Assembly (NCBI RefSeq): GCF_006345805.1
Contig: NC_043004.1
Location: 29,326,001-29,390,000, forward strand
Length of the DNA: 64,000 nt
Source of the DNA: Octopus sinensis
Lineage: Eukaryota
Direction: 5' to 3'
Each line of letters begins with the position of its first letter. Positions within the stretch are counted from its first letter, which is position 1. The position numbers and the translations under genes were made by a program. Below are positions 35,400 to 50,495 of this stretch, one piece after another. The notes under the pieces are model-generated. The model searched no databases, was not told where the DNA came from, and was given only the letters and a program-made list of their open reading frames with translations.

Positions 35400-36500
35400 G
35401 GCCAAGTGGTTCATATGTTGCCAGTACCTTTTACAAGACAGGTTCGACATGCTGTAGTAGCTGATACACAAAAATGCGCTGAGGCTGCTCCACTTGTAGA
35501 GATTTCTGAACGGTGAAGTGAATAAATATGGTCTCCCTTGAAAGGCGAAGCACCTTTTTCTGCAGCTCTTCTCTTTGACGGAGCTACAGTCCTGAAGGTC
35601 AAGAACAAGCAAAAATTGAACGCATAGCATCTGGAATATCGTCAAGCGCTCAACGCCCTCTACCAGCCGGGCAATGCGATCAGCGAAACTTTCAGCTTAG
35701 CAATATATAGGAGATTAGTGGTGGATAAGAGTGATGATGTCCTCGGGAATCTGTAGGTCGCGACCAGAACGAAATAGCTGGTCTGTTTCGGAAGACTTTC
35801 AAGTTGGTAACTACTGTGAAGTGCTTCTAGAAATCTTTGGCCTGGCATTACCGGTTCGGGAAAAACCCAGCCAGCTCGAAACTACTGCCACGTGGAACTG
35901 ACTGAGATGCACGAAACTATAATGTACATACTCGTGCAGTGTGCAAATATTGCTGAGTTGAAGTGTAATGTTGATAAGATGTTGTCGCATGTAGGACGAA
36001 GCCAGGTGTCGGCTGAATCTATTGTGAAAATGTCTTTATCGCCTTCCATTAATAAGGCTAAGCAGCAGTGTTCCTTTCTGTGTTACCTATGGTGAAAGAG
36101 GTTATGTGGTGAAGAAGTTCGAAAGGATTGAAGATGAGTGCGGTCCTCTTCGGTCAAAGCCTCGTCGACATTTTCAAGTTCCTCTTGAAAAGGGAATTGA
36201 GAGTAGAGAGACAAAAGCTTTTCTTCAGTAGGTGACTGTGGCAAATGAATTGGACTACTTTAATAAATTTCTTAGGTTGGAAACGAATTGAGTGAAGGCT
36301 TGTATCCTTGGTGATCAGAGTGGTTTTAGACGTGTGGGCACAAAACTGATGCTCTTCTGTATCAAAAGAAATGTATCATCCATTTATTCATATATTTTGC
36401 ATATGTATACTTTTCATCTCATTATTCCATCCCCCTTTTATCCTTCACTCGATGTTATGGAAATCCCTCTTACAAACTGTAACCTATCTATGTAATGTTT
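35400..36500 (+). mobile_element. Decayed Tx1-like fragment
   Basis: ETIMYILVQC..LSHVGRSQVSAESIV is homologous to ETALHAIVQC..LSRVGRVGLSAESIV. Confidence 0.75.
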
Positions 36501-36577
36501 CCCTCACTAGACGCCCCTGTGGCATATAAAGGAAATCATTATTATCATCGTTATCATTATCATTGTCGTTATTATTT

Positions 36578-36795
36578 AAGGCGACGAGCTGGCAGAATCG
36601 TTAGCACGCCGGGCAAAATGTTTAGGACATTTCGTCTATCTTTACGTCCTGAGTTCGAATTCCACCGAGGTCAACTTTCCCTTTCAACCTTTCGGGGTCA
36701 ATGAAATAAGTACCAGTTACGCACTAGAGTCTGTATAAGAGACTAGCCCCTCCTCGCAAATTTCAGGCCTTGTTCCTTTAATAGAAAGGATTGTC
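36578..36795 (+). mobile_element. SINE family B, (ATT)n-tailed subtype
   Basis: Full head, core and caggccttg..agaaaggatt tail. Confidence 0.85.
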
Positions 36796-37397
36796 ATTGT
36801 CGTTATTATCAACATTATATTTTTCAACTGTTTTATACGTATCTACCAGATACTGATATATGCACATTATTATCATTTGGGAATATACAACTGACTGTTT
36901 ATTACTAGAGCAGTTTCGCTTTGACCTGGTTAGTAGTTTATTGTATCTGGTGTCTATGAGTTTATTGTACCTGGTGTTTTATTTCGTGAATAGAATATGC
37001 TCAGTGCAAGTCGCATTATTTTGTTAGACGATGGTGTGGTTCGTATGTCTTACGTGACAGGTGTTAATTATTTTAGTGTTTACGGACAAGTGGAGTATGT
37101 GATGCAAGGGTTGTCTTACATTGAATTTCTAGTATCAGTTTTTTATTGGGTGTTTTGTCGTGTTCTTTTATTTGGTTGTTGTCGACTATACAAAAGGGGT
37201 GGCGGACATAGGGTACGGCGCATATCTACTTCTCAATGTCTGGGTTTTGTATGTGCAGAATTTCTAATAGAGACATTTGTTACTGACACACCTTATCTAT
37301 ACACAGATATTTAACTAAATATTCATTAAAATGATATAACGTAGATTAATTTATAGTTACTGCACTATTTTCCTCTTCTTTATTTTACAAACGTGGA

Positions 37398-37445
<48 letters not shown>

Positions 37446-37452
37446 TGTGTGC

Positions 37453-37499
<47 letters not shown>

Positions 37500-38580
37500 T
37501 GTGTGGAGGGAGGGAGAGATAGAGTTTACTATGCAAAAAGAGTGGTTCAGTGTTCTGGTTAAATACCTGTAAATTTGGAAGTCTGGATAATGCGGATGAC
37601 CGCTAGGTGGCTTTTGTAGGAAGACAAATTTAATTTGAAATCATGTGAGCGGTGTTGATATGCATGAGTTCCATTTTGCACACTGCTATGAAATGCCGTG
37701 AGAGGAGGAAATGAAATGGCTCTTGTATTTTATTGTTCATTGTTACTGTAAAATCATATTGCTCAACAAATATTCTTTACTTGTGGGACACGTGGATATT
37801 TCACGGAATTAATGGTAAACTTACGGGGATGTTACTGGAAACTTTATCCAAAAAACCTGAAAGCGTAACTTGTGTTTGTATCAAATGATAATTGATCATC
37901 CTTAGAATACGATGATTACTTAATGCACTTTATATATACACTTTATACACTTTATGCACAATTTTATGCACTTAATATGCAGCACTCTTCCTCTTTCTCT
38001 CTTACTCTTTGCCTTGCACTCTTTTTCTCTCTCCTTTTTCTTTTGTTCTTCGCCTTTCATTTCAACTAATTTCGTGAAAGCGTAACAGACGGGTTAAGTA
38101 ACGGACAAAAAAACTTACTTCAAAAAGAAAATTATATATTTCACTCACCAGCATCTCTCCCTCCCAATACTCCCATCCCCCTTCAACTAATCACCTTGAA
38201 GCGTTACGGACGGGCTAAGTAACGGAGTGACAAGCAGAATTATTATAAGGTAATTTCATACATTAATACACTGAAATATAAAATTTACCACTAGAAATAT
38301 CAGTTTATATTCGATTGTGTAACAACGCACAAAGAAAAAGAAACACGAAATACTGACGGAAAAAAATCATGCTGTTGCATGAACCGTAACCTTCTGCCAG
38401 TATGTAAAACCTGTCTGCCGTGAGGTTTGTTTCATTTGATGTGACAATTATTCTTCTATTGTTCTGTATCCCAATGAAGTCATCACCTTCCTATTAACAC
38501 TCGATCATCCTATTATTGATGTACAAGCACGGCTGAGCAGAATCCGGTTCACAGTGCTTTGCAAAACCGGTTTATCTTTT

Positions 38581-38964
38581 ATCTTTTACTTGTTTCAATC
38601 ATTAGACTGCGATTATGTTGGGGCACCGCCTTGAAATTTTAGTCAAATAAATCGACCCCAATGCTTATTTTCTTTTTTAAACCTGGTATTTATTCTATCG
38701 GTTACTCTGCCGAACCGCTAAGTTATGGGCACCGGTTGTCAAGCGGTGATGGAGGACAAACACAGACACAAAGACACACATAGATATACATACATATATA
38801 CGACGTGTTTCTTTCAGTTTACGTCAACCAAATCCATTCACAGGGCTTTGGTCGGCCCGAGGCTATAGTAGAAGACACTTGCCCAAGATGCCACGCAGTA
38901 GGACTGGACCCGGAACATTGTGGTTGGGAAGCAAGCTTCTTACCACACAGCCACTCCTGCGCCT
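38581..38964 (-). mobile_element. SINE family A, full-length
   Basis: The reverse complement starts aggcgcaggagtggctgtgtggtaagaagcttgc and is colinear with the copy at 4258. Confidence 0.88.
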
Positions 38965-39409
38965 GAAAATCCTTTTGTTAACTTTGGTGACAGGTATTTG
39001 TGATTTCGCTGTAGCAAAATTTGCCACATTTATTTCCGAGGTTAACACTTTTGCCATAATTTTTACGGAAAGTATTTACGCCGTAAACTTTTTTACTGTC
39101 GGGTATTTTAGTCACATTACTTAAAATGCACAAAAATGTACCATTTAAAAAAAAAAAACTTATACAGATTAAATACTTTTGTTCTTTAAACAGCTTTATC
39201 ATGATTAGATATTTTTCTTGTTTTAATTCGAAGTCTGTTTGTGAGAAACAGTGGACTTTGTTTGTTTGTTTAAGAAAGAAATAACAATGATAACGCAGAA
39301 TAGCTAATAATTTCTGTTAATAATTCAGTTAGATCAACCTTTTTCTACGTTTTGCTGCCTTTTGTCTTTACATTTGATGAACAAGCTTCTTTGTTTCTAT
39401 CAATTTGTA

Positions 39410-39631
39410 CGAGGCAGTGCTGAAACTTTTCTAGCTTTAAGAGTGATGCAAAAGGCCTGGTTGGAGGCTCAAACTTCCGAGTTCTTTTACAGGGCTTAGG
39501 GAAAAAAATGTGAAGGACCTCTGCAATAATTGTGCGAATCTGTGAGGGCAATATGCTGAATAAAATCATAATTAACTGACCTTCCTGAAATTTCTTTTAA
39601 CCAAAGCCAGGGAATTTTCAGCAACCCTTCG
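39410..39631 (+). mobile_element. Mariner-derived MITE (222 bp)
   Basis: TA flanks, imperfect ~29-bp TIRs (cgaggcagtgctgaaac.. / ..ttttcagcaacccttcg), and an internal remnant of the transposase C-terminus (..GQYAE*). Confidence 0.8.
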
Positions 39632-39765
39632 TAATTTCAATAAGTAAGGTACTTTTTTAAATATTCAATAGTTTCTTTAATGTTTTAAAAGGTAAGTGTA
39701 GGAAATGTACGAGTACTTATATATAACTATCTATATATTAATACTTAGGCGTATGTGTGTGTGTG

Positions 39766-39830
<65 letters not shown>

Positions 39831-42591
39831 TCCCACTTCTCTTTCTCTCGCTTTGCGTTTGTCCCACGATACTTATATGCTATCGCCTCTGTATGTTTGT
39901 GACTCTTCGAAGTATTGATTTTGTCCACCTCTCTGTTTACCTCCTTTCACCCCACAATACTCACACTTATCATCGTAGCTATATTTATATACAGTTTAGT
40001 TCTTTGACGTATTGCCCCTATTCATCTCACAACTTCACTCCATCCTCGTAACTATATCTCTATATGTAGTAAATTAGAATATTGTGCCTATATACCTTCT
40101 ACTCCAACTTTCTGATCTTTCTTCTTTCAGGCTTGCTTAGTTTCTTACTATCTGCCTCTATTCAACTTTCTTAGACAGATTTCTCTATTGACTCATTATT
40201 TTAATTGCATTTTTAAAATTTTCTTTCGTGTCCTCATTTTCACACGAGCAACAAGAGCGACAAGATACTATTTTCTCACTTCTCACACCAAATAAATTTT
40301 ATTATTATTATTCTGAACTTTATATTTATTCAGTGATATTTACCGGCGCAGACTATGACCTACTTCTAAGAAATCCCAAATGCCGCTTGATAATTATTAA
40401 CGTAATAGGTAATAATAACATGGAAAAATGCTCATTTTTTAAAGTGAAATTAGAGTAGAAGCACTGGTATTTATATTTCTTAATAATTCATTATTATCGA
40501 GGTTAAATTAATTAGACTTTCCGTAGTATTAGGCTTAATGTACAAGGTTAATTATAGTATTGCTTTCATAATTGGACACATTCATTCTTCACATACTTTT
40601 GCAATAATTTAGTAATTTCTTTCATTTAATAGCATATATCGTAATTATGACATGTATTCGACCCTAGATTGTAGGAATTTTGTCATTTCTGTTGACTGCC
40701 ATGCATGCATTCAAACAACTGAGACGTTTTGACTTCAAGCCAATGAAAAGTTGAAGTGGATGCATGGTTCAGCAGAAGAGTTATTTAATTATTACACGGT
40801 GATGGTAGAACATTCAAAAATGTTATTATGCAATAACAATGTCTTCTTTATTTATATCATTGATTTGCTGCTCTTAAAACTATACACTCTATTTCTTTTT
40901 ATTATATAAAACACTTTTGTTTTTGTATCAATTTATTTGCCTGTTTCCGTATAGATTATTTTAAAGTTTAATTTTAAATATATTAATTGCTATAAAGCAG
41001 TCCACACTTCATTATATATGTTTGTATCTTAACAACAACACAGCCAAGTCCATTCAATAAGGAAAATATACGATTCAATAACAAAAAAAATTTCGTAATT
41101 TATTTGATATACAACTTTCCTATATCGCCGACATTTTTGAATAGTTATCGATATTTTACTGCTGAATTGAGAAATTTTTTAATACAAAACTTTTGGTTAG
41201 GTTTAGGCACTTATCCAGCACTATGTATAAGTATGAAGTCTGTTAATTGTATGTTGTGAAGCTGTGAACACGTAAAGTGGGATTGCATACCGATAATGCA
41301 GAATTTGAAGATGCCTCGGGAAGAGAGAATGTAATATATGTGTCATTAATAATGGTAATAAACATGTGTTTTAAATGATAAATGAATTGCTGAGACTGCT
41401 GTATATTAAGCGAACATTAGCAATGATGATTGATATAGATTTTGGGTGAGAAAACCATTATAGAAATTTATCTTTGTAACAACATTGCCGAATGGTTTAA
41501 TCTGAATATAGAGAACTATTTGTTTTAAAGCTCGCGACATGTAATTCACTGCAGGATAACTTCATAATTAACACACATAAAGACATCGATTCAAGCACTC
41601 GCACGTGTGCATGAAAGTCTTCCGTTTGCAGCTCAGAAGACATTCAAAGTACCCGCCTCCTCCTCGGTTCCACAAGCGAGTACTGAAGAAGTACTTATCC
41701 CAGCAACAGCTAAGAAGCACTACTCCCATTGTCTCATAAACTCTCACTACACTCTCTTCTGCTAGAAACTACACATATACTCCTGCCAGAGTACGCATAC
41801 ATTATTTTGTAAATATATTAGAGAATATATCTTCTTTGTTTTGACAAAGAACTATTCTTGAAATATAGAGCTTCTTTCTTTCGCTCACAATGTCACAAAT
41901 GCGGTACTTTTGCTTTGCTGTTCTTTATTTTATTGCAATTCTATTTTATCGACCTTTGACACATACCTCACAAAGTAGCTGTTCGATACTATAGTTATTA
42001 GATAATGGTTTTTCAGTTTTTCATCTGAATTCGTACAAAATGTAAGTTTTAGGTAGTGGGTCCTAAATGCCGTTATAAATTTCTTTTCTTGTATTTAAGA
42101 TCGCTTAATTACCAATTTAACAATAGTTAACTACTAGAACAGCAACTAACGTTAAATTACTTCCTCTCAGGCAAAAGTTTAGCATTCTCTTGATTCAATC
42201 TGTTCATTAGCTATTTTTCAAAGAAATGAAGGCGAACGTTGTCACTTCATTTTGCCTGCTTCTCTATTCTTTCATATTTTGTTTGCCTAAGTTCAATCTG
42301 TCGAAGGTTTTTCCATCAGCTCTGATTAATAATTAAAATGTAGTTGCTTCGTGATAGTTTCCACACACTCACCCCCTTCTTCTACTCGTCTTCCTTTTTC
42401 GCACTTGTGTTCGATAGCAAGATAATTAGGGCTTATTTCGATGTAAAGAAATTATGCATATGAAATTCAATATAGCATGGAATATTATCAAAATTTATTT
42501 TCATCAATTCTTTTAGTAATGCCTAACGTCCTCCCATACATCTTTTACAGTAAAGGTCCATGCTTCTTTATTTATCTTTTAGTAAGGTTAC

Positions 42592-42655
<64 letters not shown>

Positions 42656-42920
42656 GAATATTATTCCAAACTTACAGCGAAAAATTCAATTTAGAAATAC
42701 TAAATCAAATTTCTTTCACAAAATATAACATATATATATATATGTATATAACAAAATAGAATGAAAACTACAGAAGACTCGTATTATATGGTTAAAGAAT
42801 ATATTTAAATCATCATGTTAGGGAAATGTTATAAAATTTTGTAATGACATTGTTTTTGGAAAAATAACCCGTTTCATATTTTCTTTCCAAATTTCTTTTG
42901 ATTTTATATGTTATGATATA

Positions 42921-43748
42921 CAGGGTGCACCATAAAGAAATCCTGATTATTTAAATAAGTCATTAAAAATTTCAAGGCGACTGGAAAGGTGCAAGAAAAT
43001 GGCAGAGGAGAATCAGAAAACTAGTGACAATGTCTTTGTCTATTCGGACGAAAAGATATTCACTGTGGAGGCCGTAGTGAACACCTTGAATGAGAGAATT
43101 TTGGCCACGAAGTCGGATGCTGTTTTCGAAGGCGTCCGTAAGGTATTTCGCTGAATGAAACCCACCGGAATGATGGTTTGGGCGGCAGTGTCATCCGACG
43201 GTGGAATATCTCCTTTGATGTTCATTAAAGAGGGGACGAAAGTCAATTCGGCAATTTACGTGAAAATGTTAGAGGATAATGTTTTGCTATGGGTGACCGA
43301 AGCATTTGGAGATAATTAGGTGCTCATGCAAGACGTCGCTCCTTTTCATACGTCCAAAGGGACACAGCAGTGGTGCAGGAGCTATTTCAGCAGATTCTAG
43401 GACAAAAATGTGTGCACCCTCTCCAGCTCAGACGTCAACCCTAAAGAGTTCGCTATTTGGTCCAGTCTAGAAAGTGGTGATTCAAGAGTTTCCTGCAAAA
43501 ATATCACTACTCTGAAGAAAGCCTTAGTCGTGTCATGAGATTGTTTAAGTGAAGTCATCCAGAGTTCGTGTGCCTCTGTTCTCGACTGTTTTCGGGCGAT
43601 TGTGAAGACTAAAGGCGGACATGTTGAATGAAACGTATCTTAATGTTACATGACCATATTTAATAAAATCTTAAAGAACTATGTTTTTACGTCCTTTACT
43701 AAACATTATGACTAAAAATCAACCGGGAATTCTTTACGGCGAACCCTG
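42921..43748 (+). mobile_element. Internally deleted Tc1/mariner element, maT/DD37D-type
   Basis: TA target duplication, CAGGGT.. TIRs, SDEKIFTVE, VWAAVS, QDVAPFH, 37 residues to NPKEF, and several stops. Confidence 0.88.
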
Positions 43749-44489
43749 TACAGACTAAATCGCAAGGATAATAATACATCCCGTCCTTATTAAGAGAAGA
43801 CGGGGCTGATAATTTGTATATAAAATTATAGAGTCGTTGATGGTCGTGTCAATGCCATTCGATGTCTCTATGGGAAAAATATTTCACGACAGCCCAGTCG
43901 ATATAGCTTTGTATGAATATCCTTAAGAAATACAGATTATCACAGTCACTCCGAGTTATGAAAAACAGACATTGGCCTCTCGTTTTTGAACTGTAGTATA
44001 AAAGAATAGAGAAAATTCCATTTATCACCAAAATCATTTCTATAACCCTCCAAAACAGTTGGCTTTTAATATAGTATTTCAAGCTATATCAACAGCTAAT
44101 ATACAATTTTACCGTTAAAATCAATTTTAGCGAAAGGAATTAATATTGTATGAGCAAGTCTACATAGTTCCTGTGTTAGACAGAAAAAAAGTTTAATATA
44201 GAATTCGGTGTAGTTTTATGTTTATGCATATATTTGCGATAATGAAACAATCAATATATATTCTTCTATATACTTTGCAGCCACTATTTCTATAGAAATA
44301 CTTTCTTTAGGAGATACTTGAGTTATCGTAGAACTTCTCTACATAATGTTGACTTCTGACAAAATGTGGGGAACAAATCAATAACGAAAAGGAATTTCGT
44401 AGCAACTAAATTAGATTGGCAGGTGCTATTACATAGACAGTAATTGATTACAAATTTATAACGGGGAAATAATTTGAATTATACGCATT

Positions 44490-44830
44490 GCAATATAACA
44501 ATCGCTTGAACAAGGATTATGTTACGACAATCATTTCAATATAGCAATCATTACAATAAAACAATCATTACAATATAAATATCATTATAATATAACAGCC
44601 ATTAGAAAATAACAATCATGGGAATATAAAAATCGCTGGAAAAAAACAATTGTTTAAATATAACAATCATTGCAATATAACAATCTTTAAAATTTAAATC
44701 ACTCGAATATAACAATCAATATAACAATCATTATAATATAACCATCACTGGAATATAACAATTATGAGAATATAATAACCATTACAAATGGCAATCATCA
44801 TAATATAACAATCATTACAATATAATAAAC
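44490..44830. repeat. Degenerate ~17-bp minisatellite (ACAATATAACAATCATT-like)
   Basis: Recurrent caatataacaatcatt units. Confidence 0.75.
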
Positions 44831-44910
44831 GTTGTAAGATGTAGATGTTTTAGCCTCAATTATGAATATACAACGTACCATTAAAAGTTAGTATTACACA
44901 TAAATGGAGA

Positions 44911-44949
<39 letters not shown>

Positions 44950-47189
44950 ATTAGAACTTGAGTCAGTTCTGACGATGATAATCCTTGTTGCTTGATCACT
45001 GAATTATCTACTAATGGAATCATAGTGTGCGCGGTTGAGTATTCCACTGTTTCATGTGTATCGTGGAGAACCGGCATGATGCAATCTACGACAAAACTTG
45101 CTAACACATTCCAGATGGGTTTCTATACAGCTGCTGTCTGTTTTTATGTAGTATATCTGGGTTCATTTGTCAGATGAAGTCTAAATATGCATCAAATCAA
45201 ACCTACTAAAACGCTTCAGCTTACCAATGCAAGTGAATTAATCACTTGCCATTTGTACCGCATGTTTTCATCAGTAAACTGTACCTCTTTGTAGAGCGTA
45301 TTCACAGCTCAGTACCTATTTACTTTGAAATGTCCTATATCAAAGAGGTTGGGCATCTCAAAGCTCAATGAGATAGGCCGCCTATATTAAAAGTTCTCTT
45401 ATAGACTTTGACTTCTGTACAAATGTTAAAATGTTAAAAATATGTCCGATAACATCTAATCGTATTACTGTTCCTTAAAGCTGACTTAATGGGTTATACA
45501 ACTGTTCTTTAAAAGTAACTTAACGGAATATAATATATGATTGTTTCTTACAGATGAGTTAATACATTGTACTGTGTAAATATTCTTTACGGGTGCCCTA
45601 ATCGACTGAACTGTTCCAGTTTCTTATAAATGTATAAATACTAACATTGTTCATACAAAGGACAATAAAGACGACTAAACAGTATATTTAGTATCGATAT
45701 TCACTTTACTAGAAAATAAGGAATCTGATCCTTATAGTACAGGTAGCATCTTAGATGCAACAGTTAGCAAAACATTACAGAAAACTTGACACATCAAACA
45801 TTTATTCATTATTCATGCAAATGTTCATTATACATTTAACAATTCAGATAACTACTCATTATGCAAAAGTTAACTATTAGGGCAGTTGTCCATATACTAC
45901 TGCTAACTCAAACAGTTTTTCATTATACAGCTGTTATCAACTCAGACTGATGTTTATTATACTACTATATATAGTATATATGTGTGTGTGTCTATACATG
46001 CACAAACATATACACGTACATACACTTAAACAACACACGTATTTTCACGATATATTTATATATTGGTATTGGTATTGGCATCCTTTCTGTCTCGGGAGAC
46101 AATGGAGTTGCGCATGAAGTAGTCTAGTCCGGCTTTTATATTTCATGTCCTGATACATTTCCTGCTGTGGCTGTGTAGTCCTATCCCGGACAAACACTCC
46201 CTCTGGCAGGTACCGCAAATGTAGCGAAGACTGTTCCTGGCTGGTTGTAGTGCCATAGTCTCTTGTTTACGTCTCTTCCTTTCTTTCCATTTCTCCTCTC
46301 TCTCTCTCTCTCTGTCACTCCTTTGTATTCCCTCTTTTACGGTACGTCGCCATTCTCCACGGTTGCCGGCAACTGCCTCCCAACCGCTAATATATATTTA
46401 TAGAAAATATAGAAAATATTAAAAAACACAATAATTAAAACAAAATATAATTGAAATAAATACGTGAAAGTTTTTCTACTTAAGTTAATTTGGTTGCTCC
46501 ACGATCCCGTTCCCTGAATCTTAACTGTGCAACCGAAACCGCAATTGAGAATTTTTTGAGATATTTGGTATTGTAAAATACAATCTTTTTGAGGATATTT
46601 CTTTTTAAACTCGATATAATATTTTAATTTTACTAGTAATCTATCTTTTACGTGTAATCTATGATCGGAACCTATTTGGTTTTGTGTCATCCTAACCTTT
46701 TGCGAGAGTCTCTGACGCCAGAGAAGGGTAATTTTATCTGGTGACTGTTTGATTTCCGAACAACGGTGAATTATAGTTTGTCTTCGTTTTCACATTTTCT
46801 TCGTCATGTTCTCGGGGAGAAATCTAAAAGAAATTGATCCTCACCAATTTTCATAGTTTTATGTCAAGTCATAATTTCAGTGATTTATTTCTTTTCTTTG
46901 CTCCTTTCATATTTTCACCGAAGGTTTGAGAATTTTCATCTGTAAACTTTACCTTATTGCATGATGAAAGTGCTGTAAGTACAGGCAGGTGCTGTTGGGG
47001 CTTGAGGTATTTGCTTATCTATTTGTCGTATGCTTTGGAAATATAAACAAACAACATCAATTGTGTGGGAGTTTTTTTCAAATTAAGTCAGTGAAATATC
47101 ACATTTGAATGCTATGAAAGATGTAGTTATAGTTGATTGATTAAGTGGTTAGTTAATTGGTCGGTTGGGTGTTTCGTTAAACAGTTGGT

Positions 47190-47770
47190 TAGTTGGTTAC
47201 TTGCTAACTTGGGTAATTGGTTGCTTGGTTGACTGGTTGGTTGGCTGGTTGACTGGCTGGTTGGTTGGTTGGTTGGTTGGTTGGCTGGTTGGTTGGTTGG
47301 TTGGTTGGTTGGTTGGTTGGTTGGTTGGTTGGTTGACTGGCTGACTGGTTGATTGGTTGGTTGATTGGTTGACTGGCTGGTTGATTGGTTGGTTGGTTGG
47401 TTGGTTGGTTGGTTGGTTGGCTGGTTGGTTGGCTGGCTGATTGGTTGATTGGTTGGTTGATCGGTTGACTGGTTGGTTGGTTGGTTGGTTGGTTGGTTTG
47501 TCGGCTGGCTGATTGGTTGATTGGTTGGCTGGTTGGTTGACTGACTGGCTGGTTGATTGGTTGGTTGATTGGTTGACTGGCTGGTTGGTTGGTTGGTTGG
47601 TTGGTTGGTTGGTTGGTTGGTTGGTTGGTTGGTTGGTTGGTTGGTTGGTTGACTGGCTGGTTGGTTGGTTGGTTGGTTGGTTGGTTGGTTGGTTGGTTGG
47701 CTGGTTGGCTGGTTGGTTGGCTGGTTGGTTGGTTGGTTGGTTGGTTGGTTGGTTGGTTGGTTGGTTGGTC
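47190..47770. repeat. Long (GGTT)n tract with GACT/GGCT/GATT variants
   Basis: Read directly; generates the spurious (NQPT)n and (LVGW)n ORFs. Confidence 0.95.
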
Positions 47771-48379
47771 AGAAGGTCGGTCGGTCGATTAAACCACAAT
47801 GATGTAAGATTTAGAAATATATTTCCTAACTCTACACTGTAAAATTGACAATAAAAGTATGGCAGTTGGAATATTGATTCTCAAAATGTCAGATTGGCTG
47901 CAGATTTTACGGAGACATCGCAACAACAACATTAATTTATGCAATATCTGATAATATAGTAACTAACAAAACCAATAATGGAAGCAATATAAATCGCCAG
48001 CGATAGAAAATTTAGAATAATTAAAACCGTAGTCGACTGCGGTAGCAGCGGCGTCGACTGCTGGGACAGCGTGGTTAGTGGTGAGGACGACAAAGATATA
48101 GCGCAAGCAAAAGAAAAAATCATATTCAAAATAATGATGACGGTAATAATTATATTGAAATGGATGATGATGAGGGGGAGGAAGAGGAGGAGGACACGTT
48201 TGATGATGATGACGGTTCAGAAGATGATTGATATTCAAGTTCGTCATCGTCATCATCATCATCACCATCTTCATCAACATTGTCGTCGTCATCATCATCA
48301 TCATCATCATAAAAAGAACTGGTGTCAAAATATTACTTGAATTACACATACTGACATCCTAAATGAAAATGCTATTGTT

Positions 48380-48428
<49 letters not shown>

Positions 48429-48821
48429 GTATACAATAAATATGTGTGTCCGTGTTTAATTATACTATGCAATATGTATAGACGTATTAATGGATATACG
48501 AGTAAATGTTTATAAAAGCAATGACAGATCATAAAAGGGTTACCAGTTGTACGCTCCTAGTATCCTTTTAGATAGCTCGATCAGGTGGGAATATACAGGA
48601 TAACAGACAGAAAATTTCGGAGTAAATTCAAATTTGAGGAAAAGCAGAGATAATTACAACAAATTCTTTTTGGATGGGTTTCATTTTGTTCATGACTGAA
48701 CTGGCTGAAGGGTGAGAAAAGTTGCTTCACAATCATGTGCTTATGTGTTCAATCCATCAACGCGGCACCTCCTACTGATGTATTCCGCAATAAACGTTCG
48801 TGTAATTCGGTAAATAAAAGC

Positions 48822-48866
<45 letters not shown>

Positions 48867-49904
48867 ATTATTTAGTTTCTTCTATATATGACTGGACTAG
48901 AATAGTGAGTGATGTAGTGTTTCTCTGTAAGACGAAGTTGCAGAACTTTCATTCATTGCTAAATGATTGTGTCTTTTTTGTTATTCATGTGATTGCTTCT
49001 TCGTCTTTTGATTCTTAAATATACTTTAAAAGGTCTATAACCTTCTCAACGTTGTGACTGCGGAATGAACTGTAGTGCAGATATAGGTGGCTTTTGAAGA
49101 ATGATCTGTTTGTACCTTGTGGTCTGTTGGTACATTGCAGATAGAAACATCACCATGTGAAGGCGCATTGTAAACAAATGTCGCTTTTTAGACATGGTAT
49201 ACAATGCCTTTTAGGGGACGGACTTTCGTTTTTACTTCGGCGATTGAATATCGGCATCTTTCGATATATGCTTGCAATATTTTTTGCCTTCTGATGCTTA
49301 ATGTCATTTCATGTTTTTCATGCAGTCATAACTTACTTTTCAGCGTTTCTAGCAAAATTTGTGGTTGTTCGAAAATGTCTTCCCCTTAGAAACAGAAAAA
49401 TGTGTTGTAACACTAAACTTTTGACAAATGTTGTATGGTGGGTTATAGCATATAACATTTCTCGTCCGGTTAGTTTCATAGCAGTTGCTACTTGTTTTCC
49501 CTAAGTAGTTGATTCTTCCTTGATAAACCCTCACTGTTGTACTCTACGCCTTTATTAAACGTGGATTTGTTGCTGGTGGGGTAGTGTATTTATCGTCTTT
49601 CTGGTGCTGAGGATACACGTTTTTAACATCCGTTGGGAGGAGACAGCCTAAATGTAGATATAAAACGGGATGCTACTAATTTCCTTATTTTTCAAGGTTA
49701 GAAGATTACTTTATATTTAATCATTTAATGGTTCTCTACAAGACATTGTGTGACCATCATCGCAGCACTGCTTTCGTATCTGGAACAGGTGCAGCCGTTT
49801 ACACCCAATAATTTTGACCATTAACTTCTTTGAAGACCCAACGCATATCTGTACTAGTTATGCGCAGGTGATGGAATGTTTACCATTATACATTCGCCGC
49901 CTCA

Positions 49905-49947
<43 letters not shown>

Positions 49948-49949
<2 letters not shown>

Positions 49950-50495
49950 CCCTGATGCAGTACCAGGCAGTGGCTCTCATGGCTTCTGATCTTAACTGAT
50001 CGGAAGTGTTATCATGTACATTGTTTTGTCTTGATGGGCTACAGCAAATATTCTGCTCAACACCACAGATTTGCTTGTCAGTTGTTTGACCTTAACCAGT
50101 TGAGCATGTCCCTTAGTGGCTGACGATATGTGCATCTCTGATCACGAGCAGAAGTAGTTGGGGGAACATCATAGCCATGTGTTGAGAGGGATTCTTTGGG
50201 GTTTGACTAATTCACCTCTGGAAACATGGGTGGTTCTTTCAACATCCTTAAACAACCCTTATTCAGGGACCTTTTGAGCGGGATGGGCTACTCAACCTGA
50301 AGAAAATTCTAACTGGGCCCCACCTGCAAGGTCATGTGCTGTTTATCTTGATATGGGATCACCATGTCGCGCACTTATGGTTGTGATGCATGTGCCTTGT
50401 GTACCCTTATCAGACGGGTAGTCATGATGGGTATACTGGGCTTTCGTATATTTTACCCCAGTGTCACTTTGATGGCATACACTGCTCTCTCACTC

